This document shows positions 1 to 7,752 of a stretch of 59,731 nt of DNA, one piece after another; positions within the stretch are counted from its first letter, which is position 1, and every line of letters begins with the position of its first letter. Source of the DNA: a virus (lineage: Duplodnaviria; Caudoviricetes); the IMG/VR virus record IMGVR_UViG_3300010401_000039, positions 1-59,731 of that record; one strand, 5' to 3'. Both the position numbers and the translations under genes were made by a program. Below the pieces are notes generated by a model. That model was not told the DNA's origin and searched no databases. It saw only the letters and a program-made list of their open reading frames with translations.

Positions 1-268
1 CCAACGTGGCCATCGGCCAGAGCGTCAACATCACGGCGCTGATACAAAACACGGGCGACGCGGATTTCGTTGCGATGGACGGGGCACTGACGCTGTTGCC
101 GCCCGGTGCAACGCGCGACAATGGGCCTTACATTCACGTCGTCGTGGTGACACCGCCGCTGGTCGTTGCGGCCAAGAGTAGCGCCGCGATAAGCGGGACA
201 TGGACGGCCTCGACGGGCGTGGCGACGGGCATCTACACGGCGTACATGGTCGTCAAGTCTTCGGCGGG
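1..268 (+). repeat. Diverged direct repeat, copy 1 (pairs with 59464-59731)
   Basis: Gapless alignment by eye gives about 48 mismatches in 268 nt, mostly synonymous. Confidence 0.95.
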
Positions 269-593
269 CGTGTGGACGGCAAGTCCATACAGCTACTTCA
301 CTGTCACCGCTGCGCCTGCGCCGAGCGTGCCGCCTGCGCCAACCGACCTGCGCATTACGCCCGCGACTCAGACGCGGCTCGACCTGCGCTGGGTGGGCAC
401 GATGACGGCCGCGACTGAGGTGGAGCGCAACGAGGAAAACACCAGCTTCAAGCGCGTGGCCACGGTTGCGCCGGGGATACAGAACGTGAGCGACAGCATC
501 CGACGCCGCAGGAACTACGCTTACCGCGTCCGGCAGCGCAACAGCTTGGGCACAGGGCCTTATAGCAACGTCGCCGAGTATGCCGCACCATGA
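1..593 (+). CDS. 5'-truncated Ig/CARDB-like + fibronectin type III surface/virion protein
   Basis: The frame is open from the window edge. It has a beta-rich 'VNITALIQNTG' domain, then PPAPTDL...LRW...YAYRVRQRNSLGTGPYSN (FN3 pattern). The same domain appears at the window end. Confidence 0.7.
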   Translation, partial: NVAIGQSVNITALIQNTGDADFVAMDGALTLLPPGATRDNGPYIHVVVVTPPLVVAAKSSAAISGTWTASTGVATGIYTAYMVVKSSAGVWTASPYSYFTVTAAPAPSVPPAPTDLRITPATQTRLDLRWVGTMTAATEVERNEENTSFKRVATVAPGIQNVSDSIRRRRNYAYRVRQRNSLGTGPYSNVAEYAAP

Positions 594-865
594 TTTCAAT
601 GACCGGCACGCAACAGTTTGTGCTCGCGCTGATTCTTGGGCTTGTGGCCGGGATACCGCCTGCCATGACCGCTCTTGTCCTCTATCGGAAGGCGCAAATT
701 CAGGCGCGACGCGACGCCGAACGAACACGGGCGCAGCTGGTCGAGGTGCATCAGATCGTGAACAGCCGCTTGGACCGTGCGCTCAACAGCATGAAGGTGC
801 TGGAGGAGGCGCTGCGGTCGGCGGGCATCAAGATACCGCCGACGCCAACTACGCCGGACCCATGA
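590..865 (+). CDS. Membrane protein, holin-like
   Basis: N-terminal hydrophobic helix followed by a coiled coil. ATGA overlap with the upstream gene. Confidence 0.5.
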   Translation: MISMTGTQQFVLALILGLVAGIPPAMTALVLYRKAQIQARRDAERTRAQLVEVHQIVNSRLDRALNSMKVLEEALRSAGIKIPPTPTTPDP

Positions 866-1062
866 GCGCGCCCAGCGTCAGGCGGTGGATCGTCAAGTTT
901 CCGCACCTAGCCGCGCGTCCGTTGATGGACCCGGCATTCCCGAAGCAGTACGTCAACCGCATACCGATCATGCGCCTGGAGGAGATGGAACCGCCGAGCG
1001 GCTATGCGACGTGGCTGTTGGCGGTCAAACCGGGCGTTGACAGCGCAGCGCGAGGCGCGTAA
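862..1062 (+). CDS. Hypothetical protein (66 aa)
   Basis: ATGA-coupled to 590..865. Confidence 0.5.
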   Translation: MSAPSVRRWIVKFPHLAARPLMDPAFPKQYVNRIPIMRLEEMEPPSGYATWLLAVKPGVDSAARGA

Positions 1063-1071
1063 ACCTGCCGC

Positions 1072-1407
1072 ATGAACCGCCAACCCGACCCGTTCGCCAA
1101 AGTCCCGCCGCTGGCCATGTTCGCGCTGGTGGCACTGTTCTGCATCGTGCCTGTGGCGATACATACGGGTTGCGCCAGCTTCTCGTCGCAGCAAACCGAG
1201 ACGCAGTTGGACGGCACGAAGCGCGAGACGCACATTCACGTATCCACGCTGTTTGACGCGAAAAGCGACCTGACCAAGCTGCGCGCCACGACCACGGACA
1301 AGACGCAGGGCATGAGTCTCGCTGGCCTATCGGAAAGCTCCTCCTCGACGAACCTCGTCCATATTCTGCAACTCATCGCGGCCATTGCGGCGGCGAGCGC
1401 CAAGTGA
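1072..1407 (+). CDS. Lipoprotein (possibly spanin-like)
   Basis: Hydrophobic leader ending in lipobox-like HTG-C-ASF. Leaderless promoter TTGACA(1037)-17-TAAACC. Confidence 0.6.
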   Translation: MNRQPDPFAKVPPLAMFALVALFCIVPVAIHTGCASFSSQQTETQLDGTKRETHIHVSTLFDAKSDLTKLRATTTDKTQGMSLAGLSESSSSTNLVHILQLIAAIAAASAK

Positions 1408-1799
1408 GCAAGAGCATCGCCATCGTCTGCTTGGTTCTGTTTGCATGGGCGATGACGCTGTTCATACCGCGTGCAGACTCCACGCGATTAACGATCAATG
1501 CGACGAACGGAGCATTTTTCAAGACGAACTACTTCGACCGCCCCATCATTACCAACATCGCCATTGAAGGTTCGACGCTGTTCGCCAATATCAACGGTCT
1601 CAAGGTGCCGTTCACCGACGAAGCGAAGTCAAACCTCGTCGTTGCACTTGTCGCGAGCCGTTTGTTGTGCGACTTACGAGGGCACGCATGGGAGGTCGGC
1701 TGCGGCGTGTCGGGGTGCCTCGTGATCCATTACGAGCCAATGCGTCACTGCATTATCTGCGGCAAAGTTGAGTCGCAGCAGATTGGTCCTTGGCGATGA
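1404..1799 (+). CDS. Signal/TM-anchored protein with C-terminal Cys/His motif
   Basis: Hydrophobic N-terminus. CDLRGH...C..C...CIICG at the C-terminus. Confidence 0.55.
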   Translation: MSKSIAIVCLVLFAWAMTLFIPRADSTRLTINATNGAFFKTNYFDRPIITNIAIEGSTLFANINGLKVPFTDEAKSNLVVALVASRLLCDLRGHAWEVGCGVSGCLVIHYEPMRHCIICGKVESQQIGPWR

Positions 1800-1871
1800 T
1801 TGACGGCGTAACCCGCCTGCCCGCAACGTGCCAACCGGCTAGGGGGCTTCACCCCATAGCGTCTGCGGTAT

Positions 1872-1964
1872 TTACCTGATGATGCCCCACTCAAAGACGA
1901 TGGTCTTGGCAAACGTGCCGTCATCGCGACGCGTGTAACCAAGGAGGCTGTGCCAAGATTTCAT
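1872..1964 (-). CDS. Small hypothetical protein (30 aa)
   Basis: ATGA-coupled to 1961..2233. MKSWHSLLGYTRRDDGTFAKTIVFEWGIIR. Confidence 0.35.
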   Translation of the reverse strand: MKSWHSLLGYTRRDDGTFAKTIVFEWGIIR

Positions 1965-2233
1965 GCGCCCTCGTCCCTTCGCCGGTCGGCCAGTTCGTCG
2001 GCGCGCCCCGCGAGCGCGTCGGCCTCCTGCTCCTGCGCCATGTCAAGGACGGTGCCCGCGTCAATGGGCGCGTCGCAGTGCGAGCACTGGGCGGGTTCGA
2101 TGGTGCCGCCTTCGGAAAGGTTGCAACGCTCTGGCGGGCCGCTGACGCGAGCAGGCACGTAGGCGTAGGCGGTGACGGAGGTGGAGCGGTCGCAGCGCGG
2201 GCAGCACCAGATGACGGTGGTGGATTTGTTCAT
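1961..2233 (-). CDS. Zn-ribbon hypothetical protein
   Basis: CPRC...CSHC. Coupled to its neighbours. Confidence 0.6.
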   Translation of the reverse strand: MNKSTTVIWCCPRCDRSTSVTAYAYVPARVSGPPERCNLSEGGTIEPAQCSHCDAPIDAGTVLDMAQEQEADALAGRADELADRRRDEGA

Positions 2234-2724
2234 AGCAGGCCAAGCATCGCGTTGGTGCGGGCGAACTCACCGAATCCCGCCACCGCAGTTCGGTCGTAAG
2301 CGGCAGCGGCTTCTTCGGGCGTCAAAAAGCAACCAATGTGCTGCGTCTTGCCGTGCACTCGTATCATCGCGAGCCAATGCCCATTTCGCTTGTCGAGATG
2401 GACGCCTTTGAAGCCTGACGTGTTCCGCGAATTCTTGCGACTGTTACCGCGGTTCAGCCAGTGCGGGCATAGCCGAAGGTTATCGCGCCAATTGTGTAAG
2501 CCGTCGCCGTCTTTGTGATCCACCGTCAGGCCCTCAGGCGCGTTCATTATCAAGCGGTGCATCCACACGTTTCGGCGCAAATCACGTTCGCCCACTTTAT
2601 AGACGGCGTACCAGGTATCGGTGTGCGGCGATTTGTGCGCCACCCATCGGAATTCTCGCAGCCATTCGTAGTCGGCGGAGTCAACGATGGCGACTTGCCC
2701 ACGCGTCAGCGGTATTTCTTTCAT
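2230..2724 (-). CDS. HNH endonuclease with AP2 DNA-binding domain
   Basis: MKEIPLTRGQVAIVD...MHRLIM...VDHKDGDGLHNWRDNLR...NTSGFKGV...EEAAAAYD. ATG overlaps the polymerase stop. Confidence 0.9.
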   Translation of the reverse strand: MKEIPLTRGQVAIVDSADYEWLREFRWVAHKSPHTDTWYAVYKVGERDLRRNVWMHRLIMNAPEGLTVDHKDGDGLHNWRDNLRLCPHWLNRGNSRKNSRNTSGFKGVHLDKRNGHWLAMIRVHGKTQHIGCFLTPEEAAAAYDRTAVAGFGEFARTNAMLGLL

Positions 2725-4118
2725 AGCGGTGAGAGTTCGCCCCATGATGGCCCTGTCATAGCCTCAAAGGGAATCGTAAACGTAGTCCCCGCCACAGTAA
2801 TCGGGTTGGCAAACCATACCGGAATGCGCTCACGCACCCAATCGCGTCGGTCATGCGGTGCTTGAAACAGGACGCTATCATGGACGGTCAAGAGCGGTCG
2901 GGCAACGCGCTTGCCATCAGGGCACAGGTTTTGCGGGTCATTCCACAGCTTCAACAGGGCGAGGTTACAGCAATATGCTGTGTTGGCGGCGGGACAGAAC
3001 GGCAGTGCATCCTTGATTGTTTTGTGGTCCTGCTTATTACCAAAAAAATCTCGCTTGAGTCCGCTGGCCGCGATGAGGAAGCCGTCGCGTTGGAGCAGCA
3101 TCTTGGTTCGCTCCTGCCAACGTCGCACCCCCGGATAGCGCAGGAAATAAAGGTTCTGGAGACGCTTACACTGCGCGGCTGTGACGGTAGCGAGGGTGCC
3201 TTCGCCAGCCTCCCAAGAATCGCGCAAGACGGTCTCGGCCATCTTCACGTCGCCCTCGCCATAGTTGCTGCCGTGGCAGGCTTTCTTCGAGGTATCATAT
3301 AACCAATCTTTGGGCAGCGTCTTGCAACGGGCGAGCAGGGCTTCGCGCGGCAAGCGGTTGGCTGACTCGCCGTCGAGGTACAGAGCAGACAGCGCCTTGG
3401 CGGGCTTGAGACCAGCCAGCAGATCGTCCCACATGGTCGGATCGCCGAGCGCAAGACACTCTGCGGCGACGGTCCAAGTGTCAGCGCCGGCAAGGTCAAC
3501 TTGGTAGAAGTCGTGCCCTGGATCGGCGAGGAACAAGTGACGATGGCGCTCAGGGGTACTATGCAGAGCGTACCCGCTGCCGGTATTGCTCGCACCGCAC
3601 GAGACGCGGCCAACCTCGGTGCCCGCGATGTTGATGGACATGCGCAGGCGACCATCTTTGTCGAGCTTGCACCGGAGCGTTTTGAGTTGCGTCAGGCGGT
3701 CGCTCAGGCGCAGGCACAATTCGAGGCGCTTGTCCCGCGTCTGCCGGAAGGTAGCGAGCAGGGCATCGGCACTACGCGACAGTCGGTCAGTGTTTTTAGC
3801 GCCTTCTTTGATAAATCTACGCGGGAAGCCCCAGCCGTCCGGTGGCGGGTCGTAGAGTTTGGCAAGCAGGGCGGGCGAGTTGGTCTTGAGGTGGCGGTCG
3901 AGGAGCGTGTTCAATTCGCCCTTCTCCGCGTCCGTCAGCACGCCCTGTTGCGCCAACGCGACGATCCGCGCGGCGACGCTCCGTGGGCCAGCGGCCTCAG
4001 CGCCGTGCTGAGGCGGAGCCGACGCCGCCACCAAGCCCGCATTGGATTGCCGTACGACTACGGACGACGAACAAGGCGGCTGCCGCGTCGGCTCCTCAAA
4101 GAGTGTGGGCTGGGTCAT
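2721..4118 (-). CDS. DNA polymerase family A, polymerase domain only (divergent)
   Basis: GRVSC (motif 2), VDLAGADT (motif A), KKACHGSNYG (motif B), YFLRYPGV, LLTVHDSV (motif C). Confidence 0.88.
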   Translation of the reverse strand: MTQPTLFEEPTRQPPCSSSVVVRQSNAGLVAASAPPQHGAEAAGPRSVAARIVALAQQGVLTDAEKGELNTLLDRHLKTNSPALLAKLYDPPPDGWGFPRRFIKEGAKNTDRLSRSADALLATFRQTRDKRLELCLRLSDRLTQLKTLRCKLDKDGRLRMSINIAGTEVGRVSCGASNTGSGYALHSTPERHRHLFLADPGHDFYQVDLAGADTWTVAAECLALGDPTMWDDLLAGLKPAKALSALYLDGESANRLPREALLARCKTLPKDWLYDTSKKACHGSNYGEGDVKMAETVLRDSWEAGEGTLATVTAAQCKRLQNLYFLRYPGVRRWQERTKMLLQRDGFLIAASGLKRDFFGNKQDHKTIKDALPFCPAANTAYCCNLALLKLWNDPQNLCPDGKRVARPLLTVHDSVLFQAPHDRRDWVRERIPVWFANPITVAGTTFTIPFEAMTGPSWGELSPL

Positions 4119-5290
4119 GCAAGAGTGCTCACCAGTTCAATGCGTCGGCCAATCCAGCGCATGACAGGCACAGCCATTGAGTTCCCAAGCGCCCGGGAGC
4201 GCGGCCCGTCGCAGGCGGGTTTTCCGCGATAGGGAATGAGCGTGTAATCGTCGGGGAAACCGAATAGGCGCTCGACTTCGCGGGGGGTCAGGCGTCGGAC
4301 TGACATGCCGCTTCTCACTCGCGTTCCAACCGGATCGTGTCCTGGGCCATTCGCCCTCAAAGCCCCAGCGGTCTCGTACTCTCGAACCCCAGTTTGAGCT
4401 TCCTGAAAGGCCACAGCTATCAATGGCACGCTGCGCCCGGTTCCGTCCTCGCTGGCGTCATGTCCTTCGGCGGTCAGACTGTGCGCGACGATGGTTCCGC
4501 CTTGTTGGGCCCGTAACCAGGAGGCATCCTGACAACGCGCTATTTCGGCCTTGTTCGCCGCTTTTGAATCACCGTCACCGAGCATCGCGCATGAGTTGAA
4601 GCTCTGCAAATTGTAGGCTTGGCTTCCAGATACTTCGATCAACGCCCCGTCGCATTCGGCGTCTGTGCCGAGTCCGCCACCGCCTTGAGTGCGCGCGCTA
4701 ATGCTTGGGGCAGTTCCTTGCCCCGTTTCTCGGCTCGGCGGAGGATTCCAGCGCAGGCGCGGGGCGTCAAAAAGAACCGCTGCGGCACACTGCCAGCGTC
4801 CTCCAGCACATCCGACAACGAACACACGCTCGCGTCGTTGGGCCAGACCGAAGTATTGAGCGTCCAGAACGCGGTAGGCGAACCCATACCCCCGCTTTGC
4901 CAACCCGCCAAGAAAGGAGCCGAAAGCTCGTCCGCCATCAATGGACAGCACGCCGGGGACATTCTCCCAAACAACCCAGGCGGGAGCATAGCGGCCAACG
5001 ATGTCCAGAAATCGCATGGTAAGCCCGCCACGGTCGCCAGCCATTCCTGCTCGCTGGCCGGCGACGGAGAAGTCTTGGCAGGGAGTCCCGCCCACGAGAA
5101 CGTCGATTGGTTGCTGTGGCCATTGTGCATAAGCGTTCAAGTCGCCGTAGTTTGGCACGGCAGAATAGTAATGCTTCAGAAGCGCACAAGGAAACTTATC
5201 AATCTCGGCGATGAAGGCGCATCGCCAGCCAAGCGGCTCCCAAGCCACGCTCGCCGCTTCTATACCGCTGCACACGCTTCCAAAGGTCAT
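4115..5290 (-). CDS. C5-cytosine DNA methyltransferase (alpha polypeptide)
   Basis: SVCSGIEA (I), GGTPCQDFS (IV), ENVPG (VI), QRRERVF (VIII), RRLTPRE.ERL.GFPDDY, ALGNSM (X). Confidence 0.95.
   Translation of the reverse strand: MTFGSVCSGIEAASVAWEPLGWRCAFIAEIDKFPCALLKHYYSAVPNYGDLNAYAQWPQQPIDVLVGGTPCQDFSVAGQRAGMAGDRGGLTMRFLDIVGRYAPAWVVWENVPGVLSIDGGRAFGSFLGGLAKRGYGFAYRVLDAQYFGLAQRRERVFVVGCAGGRWQCAAAVLFDAPRLRWNPPPSRETGQGTAPSISARTQGGGGLGTDAECDGALIEVSGSQAYNLQSFNSCAMLGDGDSKAANKAEIARCQDASWLRAQQGGTIVAHSLTAEGHDASEDGTGRSVPLIAVAFQEAQTGVREYETAGALRANGPGHDPVGTRVRSGMSVRRLTPREVERLFGFPDDYTLIPYRGKPACDGPRSRALGNSMAVPVMRWIGRRIELVSTLA
4639..5130 (-). CDS. Nested alternative-frame polypeptide, M.EcoHK31I beta-subunit-like
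   Basis: The out-of-frame ORF ends CSLSDVLE...VPQRFFLTPRACAGILRRAEKRGKELPQALARAL, typical of alternative-frame beta chains of C5 MTases. The start is uncertain. Confidence 0.65.
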   Translation of the reverse strand: MHNGHSNQSTFSWAGLPAKTSPSPASEQEWLATVAGLPCDFWTSLAAMLPPGLFGRMSPACCPLMADELSAPFLAGWQSGGMGSPTAFWTLNTSVWPNDASVCSLSDVLEDAGSVPQRFFLTPRACAGILRRAEKRGKELPQALARALKAVADSAQTPNATGR

Positions 5291-5401
5291 ACGTTAAAGG
5301 AGGGTCGCCACGGTCACCGCTTTGTCTGTCGGTTTTGTAGCCCGTAATGGCTCACTGCGCAACGGTGCTGTCTGTGGCGCACCCTCCAAAGGTGGGATGG
5401 G

Positions 5402-6871
5402 TCATAACGCTGCCCGCATGGTAGGCTTGGCATGCTCTAAAATCGACTCCCACGTTGAGCACTTGTCCCACGCTTTTTTGAACGCGACGGCCTCGACCAC
5501 TTCGCGGAAGCTGGGCGGCGCGATGCCCGCAAGCTGATCGAGCGACCCCTGCGCCTCGTACACCTCAGCCTGGATTTGCGCCACCATCGCGTCTCTCGCG
5601 GCGACGTCATACGACATGCCCTCGTGCATCATCTCAAGGCACGGCTCAAGCAGGGCGATTTGATGCTGATAATAGCCGCGCTGCGCATCGCTGAACAAGG
5701 GCTGCATGGCCTGCCAGCACTCCAATGTCCGCATGCTGTCTTGGGCATTGTAGAAGTCGCGATCAGCCTGCACCGGCTCACGGCCATAGACGCCCCAGTC
5801 GGTGCTACTGCCCCAGTAAGCGCCGCGCGTGAGCAGCGACGCGACGACGCTCAAGTCCTTGAGCAGTTCGGGGTAGAGCGTGTGCCAAGCGAACATGGTG
5901 TCTTCGAGATTGCGCAGGCGATGCCCGTGCAGCCAGCGATGGACGAACGCCTCGTAAGCGCCGCTGTGAGCAACTTTGCACACAACCTCGTCTTCAAGCA
6001 CGTCGCCCACGGCACGAAGCAGGCGGGCTTCGTCGCTGTCGGACCACAGGTGCGACCAATCGAGGCCGCGTAATGGCACGCTGAGCGCAGCGGTGGACGT
6101 TGTGGCAAAGGATAAGACGGTGATTCCGCTGGTGGCATAGCCTTCAATGTCGAAGCCGACGGGCTGGCGGGCGTCGCGAATGGCTTGTAGCAGGGCGCAG
6201 GCTTCGTCCGCGTTTTGTGGCTGGTACATTGTACGTACCGGCAGCGCCAGCGCGGGCGAGGCGGCTTCGGCGACGGCACGCTTTACGTCTTCGCGAAGCA
6301 AGGCGAGTTGGGACGGTTCTCGCAGGATGGCGGCTGGATGCAGTGCTGCGACCACCTTGACGCGCATGCTGTCAAGTTCGCCTTCAAAGATTGAGCCTCG
6401 CCAATTGCTTACGAGATGGCCGTCGCCCAAGAAGGAACGCAGCGCCAAGTTGCCAAGGACGAGGACGCAATTTGGAGCGAACGCTTCGAGGTCAATGGCG
6501 AGGCGCGGCAGCAGCGGGCGCACGTAGTCGATGGTCTTTTCGTGCTCGGCGAGCGGCCTGCGGGAAACGTTGGCGACGAGTACGCGTTCGCGAGGCAGGC
6601 CCGCAGCTTTGAGCAGGTCATTGAGCAGCCTGCCCGACTCGCCGACCATAGGTGTCGGGCATGGCTCGAAGCGCTGACTGCCGCACCAAACGCAGCGATC
6701 ACGGCGGGCGAGTTGCTTGTTACTCCAGTGGTCAAGCGCGAAGCCGTGGCCGTTGTGGCAGATGCACCAGCTTACCTCCTCCACGGCCGGCGATTCTGCA
6801 CAGACGGCGAGCCGCACCGCGCCGGGGTCAACGGCGGGCGGTTGATTTGGCACCAGCACGTCGAAATTCAT
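5402..6871 (-). CDS. Uracil-DNA glycosylase (family 4-like) fused to 3'-5' exonuclease; N-terminal half of a split UDG-DNA polymerase
   Basis: CAESPAVEE, MVGESGRLL, LVLGNLA, LHPAAILR (UDG). FDIEG, AHSGAYE, EDTM, YNAQDS (Exo I-III). MMHEGMSYD marks the thumb start. Confidence 0.88.
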   Translation of the reverse strand: MNFDVLVPNQPPAVDPGAVRLAVCAESPAVEEVSWCICHNGHGFALDHWSNKQLARRDRCVWCGSQRFEPCPTPMVGESGRLLNDLLKAAGLPRERVLVANVSRRPLAEHEKTIDYVRPLLPRLAIDLEAFAPNCVLVLGNLALRSFLGDGHLVSNWRGSIFEGELDSMRVKVVAALHPAAILREPSQLALLREDVKRAVAEAASPALALPVRTMYQPQNADEACALLQAIRDARQPVGFDIEGYATSGITVLSFATTSTAALSVPLRGLDWSHLWSDSDEARLLRAVGDVLEDEVVCKVAHSGAYEAFVHRWLHGHRLRNLEDTMFAWHTLYPELLKDLSVVASLLTRGAYWGSSTDWGVYGREPVQADRDFYNAQDSMRTLECWQAMQPLFSDAQRGYYQHQIALLEPCLEMMHEGMSYDVAARDAMVAQIQAEVYEAQGSLDQLAGIAPPSFREVVEAVAFKKAWDKCSTWESILEHAKPTMRAAL

Positions 6872-6932
6872 AGAATGCAATGGCAGCTTCGCACAGGGCA
6901 ATCTCGCTCAAAACTTGAGCGCGGTTCTCGGG

Positions 6933-7043
6933 TCAAAGCGCAGCCTCCCACGCCCACAGGTAACTAAGCTGCTCAGTGAGCGCATCGACCGCCGCGCCGG
7001 GGTCGCAAGACGGCGGGCTGTTCGGGACGAGCACGTCGTTCAT
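6933..7043 (-). pseudogene. Duplicated UDG-exo N-terminus / gene relic
   Basis: MNDVLVPNSPPSCDPGAAV versus UDG start MNFDVLVPNQPPAVDPGAV. Stops after 36 aa, and the frame stays protein-like past the TGA. Confidence 0.5.
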
Positions 7044-7051
7044 GGCGCGGG

Positions 7052-7354
7052 CTATCGAACAGGCGCGGTCATGTCGAGCTTGCTGCGGTCGTATAAGCCG
7101 AGACGCTCGCTTATCCGCATCATTTGGTGCGGCGAGTCGCGCTTCTCAAGAAAGATAAGGGCACCCGCGCAGTGTAACGAATCGCGAGTCGCGACAAAGT
7201 TCTCGCCGCCGTCGCCATCGTCCCCGGTCGTGCCTGTTTTGTGGCAATGAAACTCGCCGCTCGCGAACTCCACCAAGCGGCGCATCGTATAGGTGTGCTT
7301 GTGCTTTTTGAGGAACGGGCAAGCGGCACACGGCGTTGTCATCGTATAGTGCAT
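7052..7354 (-). CDS. Cys/His-rich phage protein
   Basis: PCAACPF...FHCHKT...HCAGAL metal-binding pattern. Confidence 0.7.
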   Translation of the reverse strand: MHYTMTTPCAACPFLKKHKHTYTMRRLVEFASGEFHCHKTGTTGDDGDGGENFVATRDSLHCAGALIFLEKRDSPHQMMRISERLGLYDRSKLDMTAPVR

Positions 7355-7359
7355 GTGAG

Positions 7360-7551
7360 CTAGTCGTCGTCGGCATCGCCGCCCGTAGGATCGTAAGGCA
7401 CCTCGTCCACGCAGCGCAACGGCTCGTCGTGCAGCCCGAGCGAAGCGGCGTGCATCGCGGCACGATCGAAGGCTTCGTCCATGCTGGAGGCGACGACCTC
7501 GAATTGCTGGTCCCCTGCCTCCCATGTAAAGGTGCGCAAGTGGCGGCTCAT
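7360..7551 (-). CDS. Hypothetical protein
   Basis: Operon packing. Acidic tail. Confidence 0.5.
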   Translation of the reverse strand: MSRHLRTFTWEAGDQQFEVVASSMDEAFDRAAMHAASLGLHDEPLRCVDEVPYDPTGGDADDD

Positions 7552-7554
7552 AAA

Positions 7555-7752
7555 TCACTCGCCAATGAGCAGCGACAGTGCGCCCGCCTTCCAGTAGAGC
7601 AGGAAGATGAGCGTCGTCGCGATGACGCTGACGACAGCGCCCCTGAAGCCTTCGGGATCGCGTGCTTTAGTGCCTTCAATGTCCTGCTTCAGCATACGCA
7701 GAAGACCTAGCACCATGACCAAGCACAGCGCGATTTGACAGGCGAGTTTCAT
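7555..7752 (-). CDS. Small two-TM membrane protein
   Basis: Two hydrophobic stretches. ATGA coupling. Confidence 0.6.
   Translation of the reverse strand: MKLACQIALCLVMVLGLLRMLKQDIEGTKARDPEGFRGAVVSVIATTLIFLLYWKAGALSLLIGE

Noticed and set aside
1-268. DGR template/variable repeat pair with 59464-59731
   Set aside because: Mismatches are at third positions and involve all bases, not adenine only. No reverse transcriptase gene is present.
1-268. Exact terminal repeat or assembly overlap
   Set aside because: The copies are only ~82% identical, so this is not proof of circularity.
1875-1915. Hammerhead ribozyme (CTGATGA)
   Set aside because: No GAAA core or suitable stems. The region is better explained by the minus-strand ORF 1872..1964.
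4119-5401. Group I/II intron or split intein joining the polymerase halves
   Set aside because: No intron core or intein termini are visible. The space is filled by the methylase.
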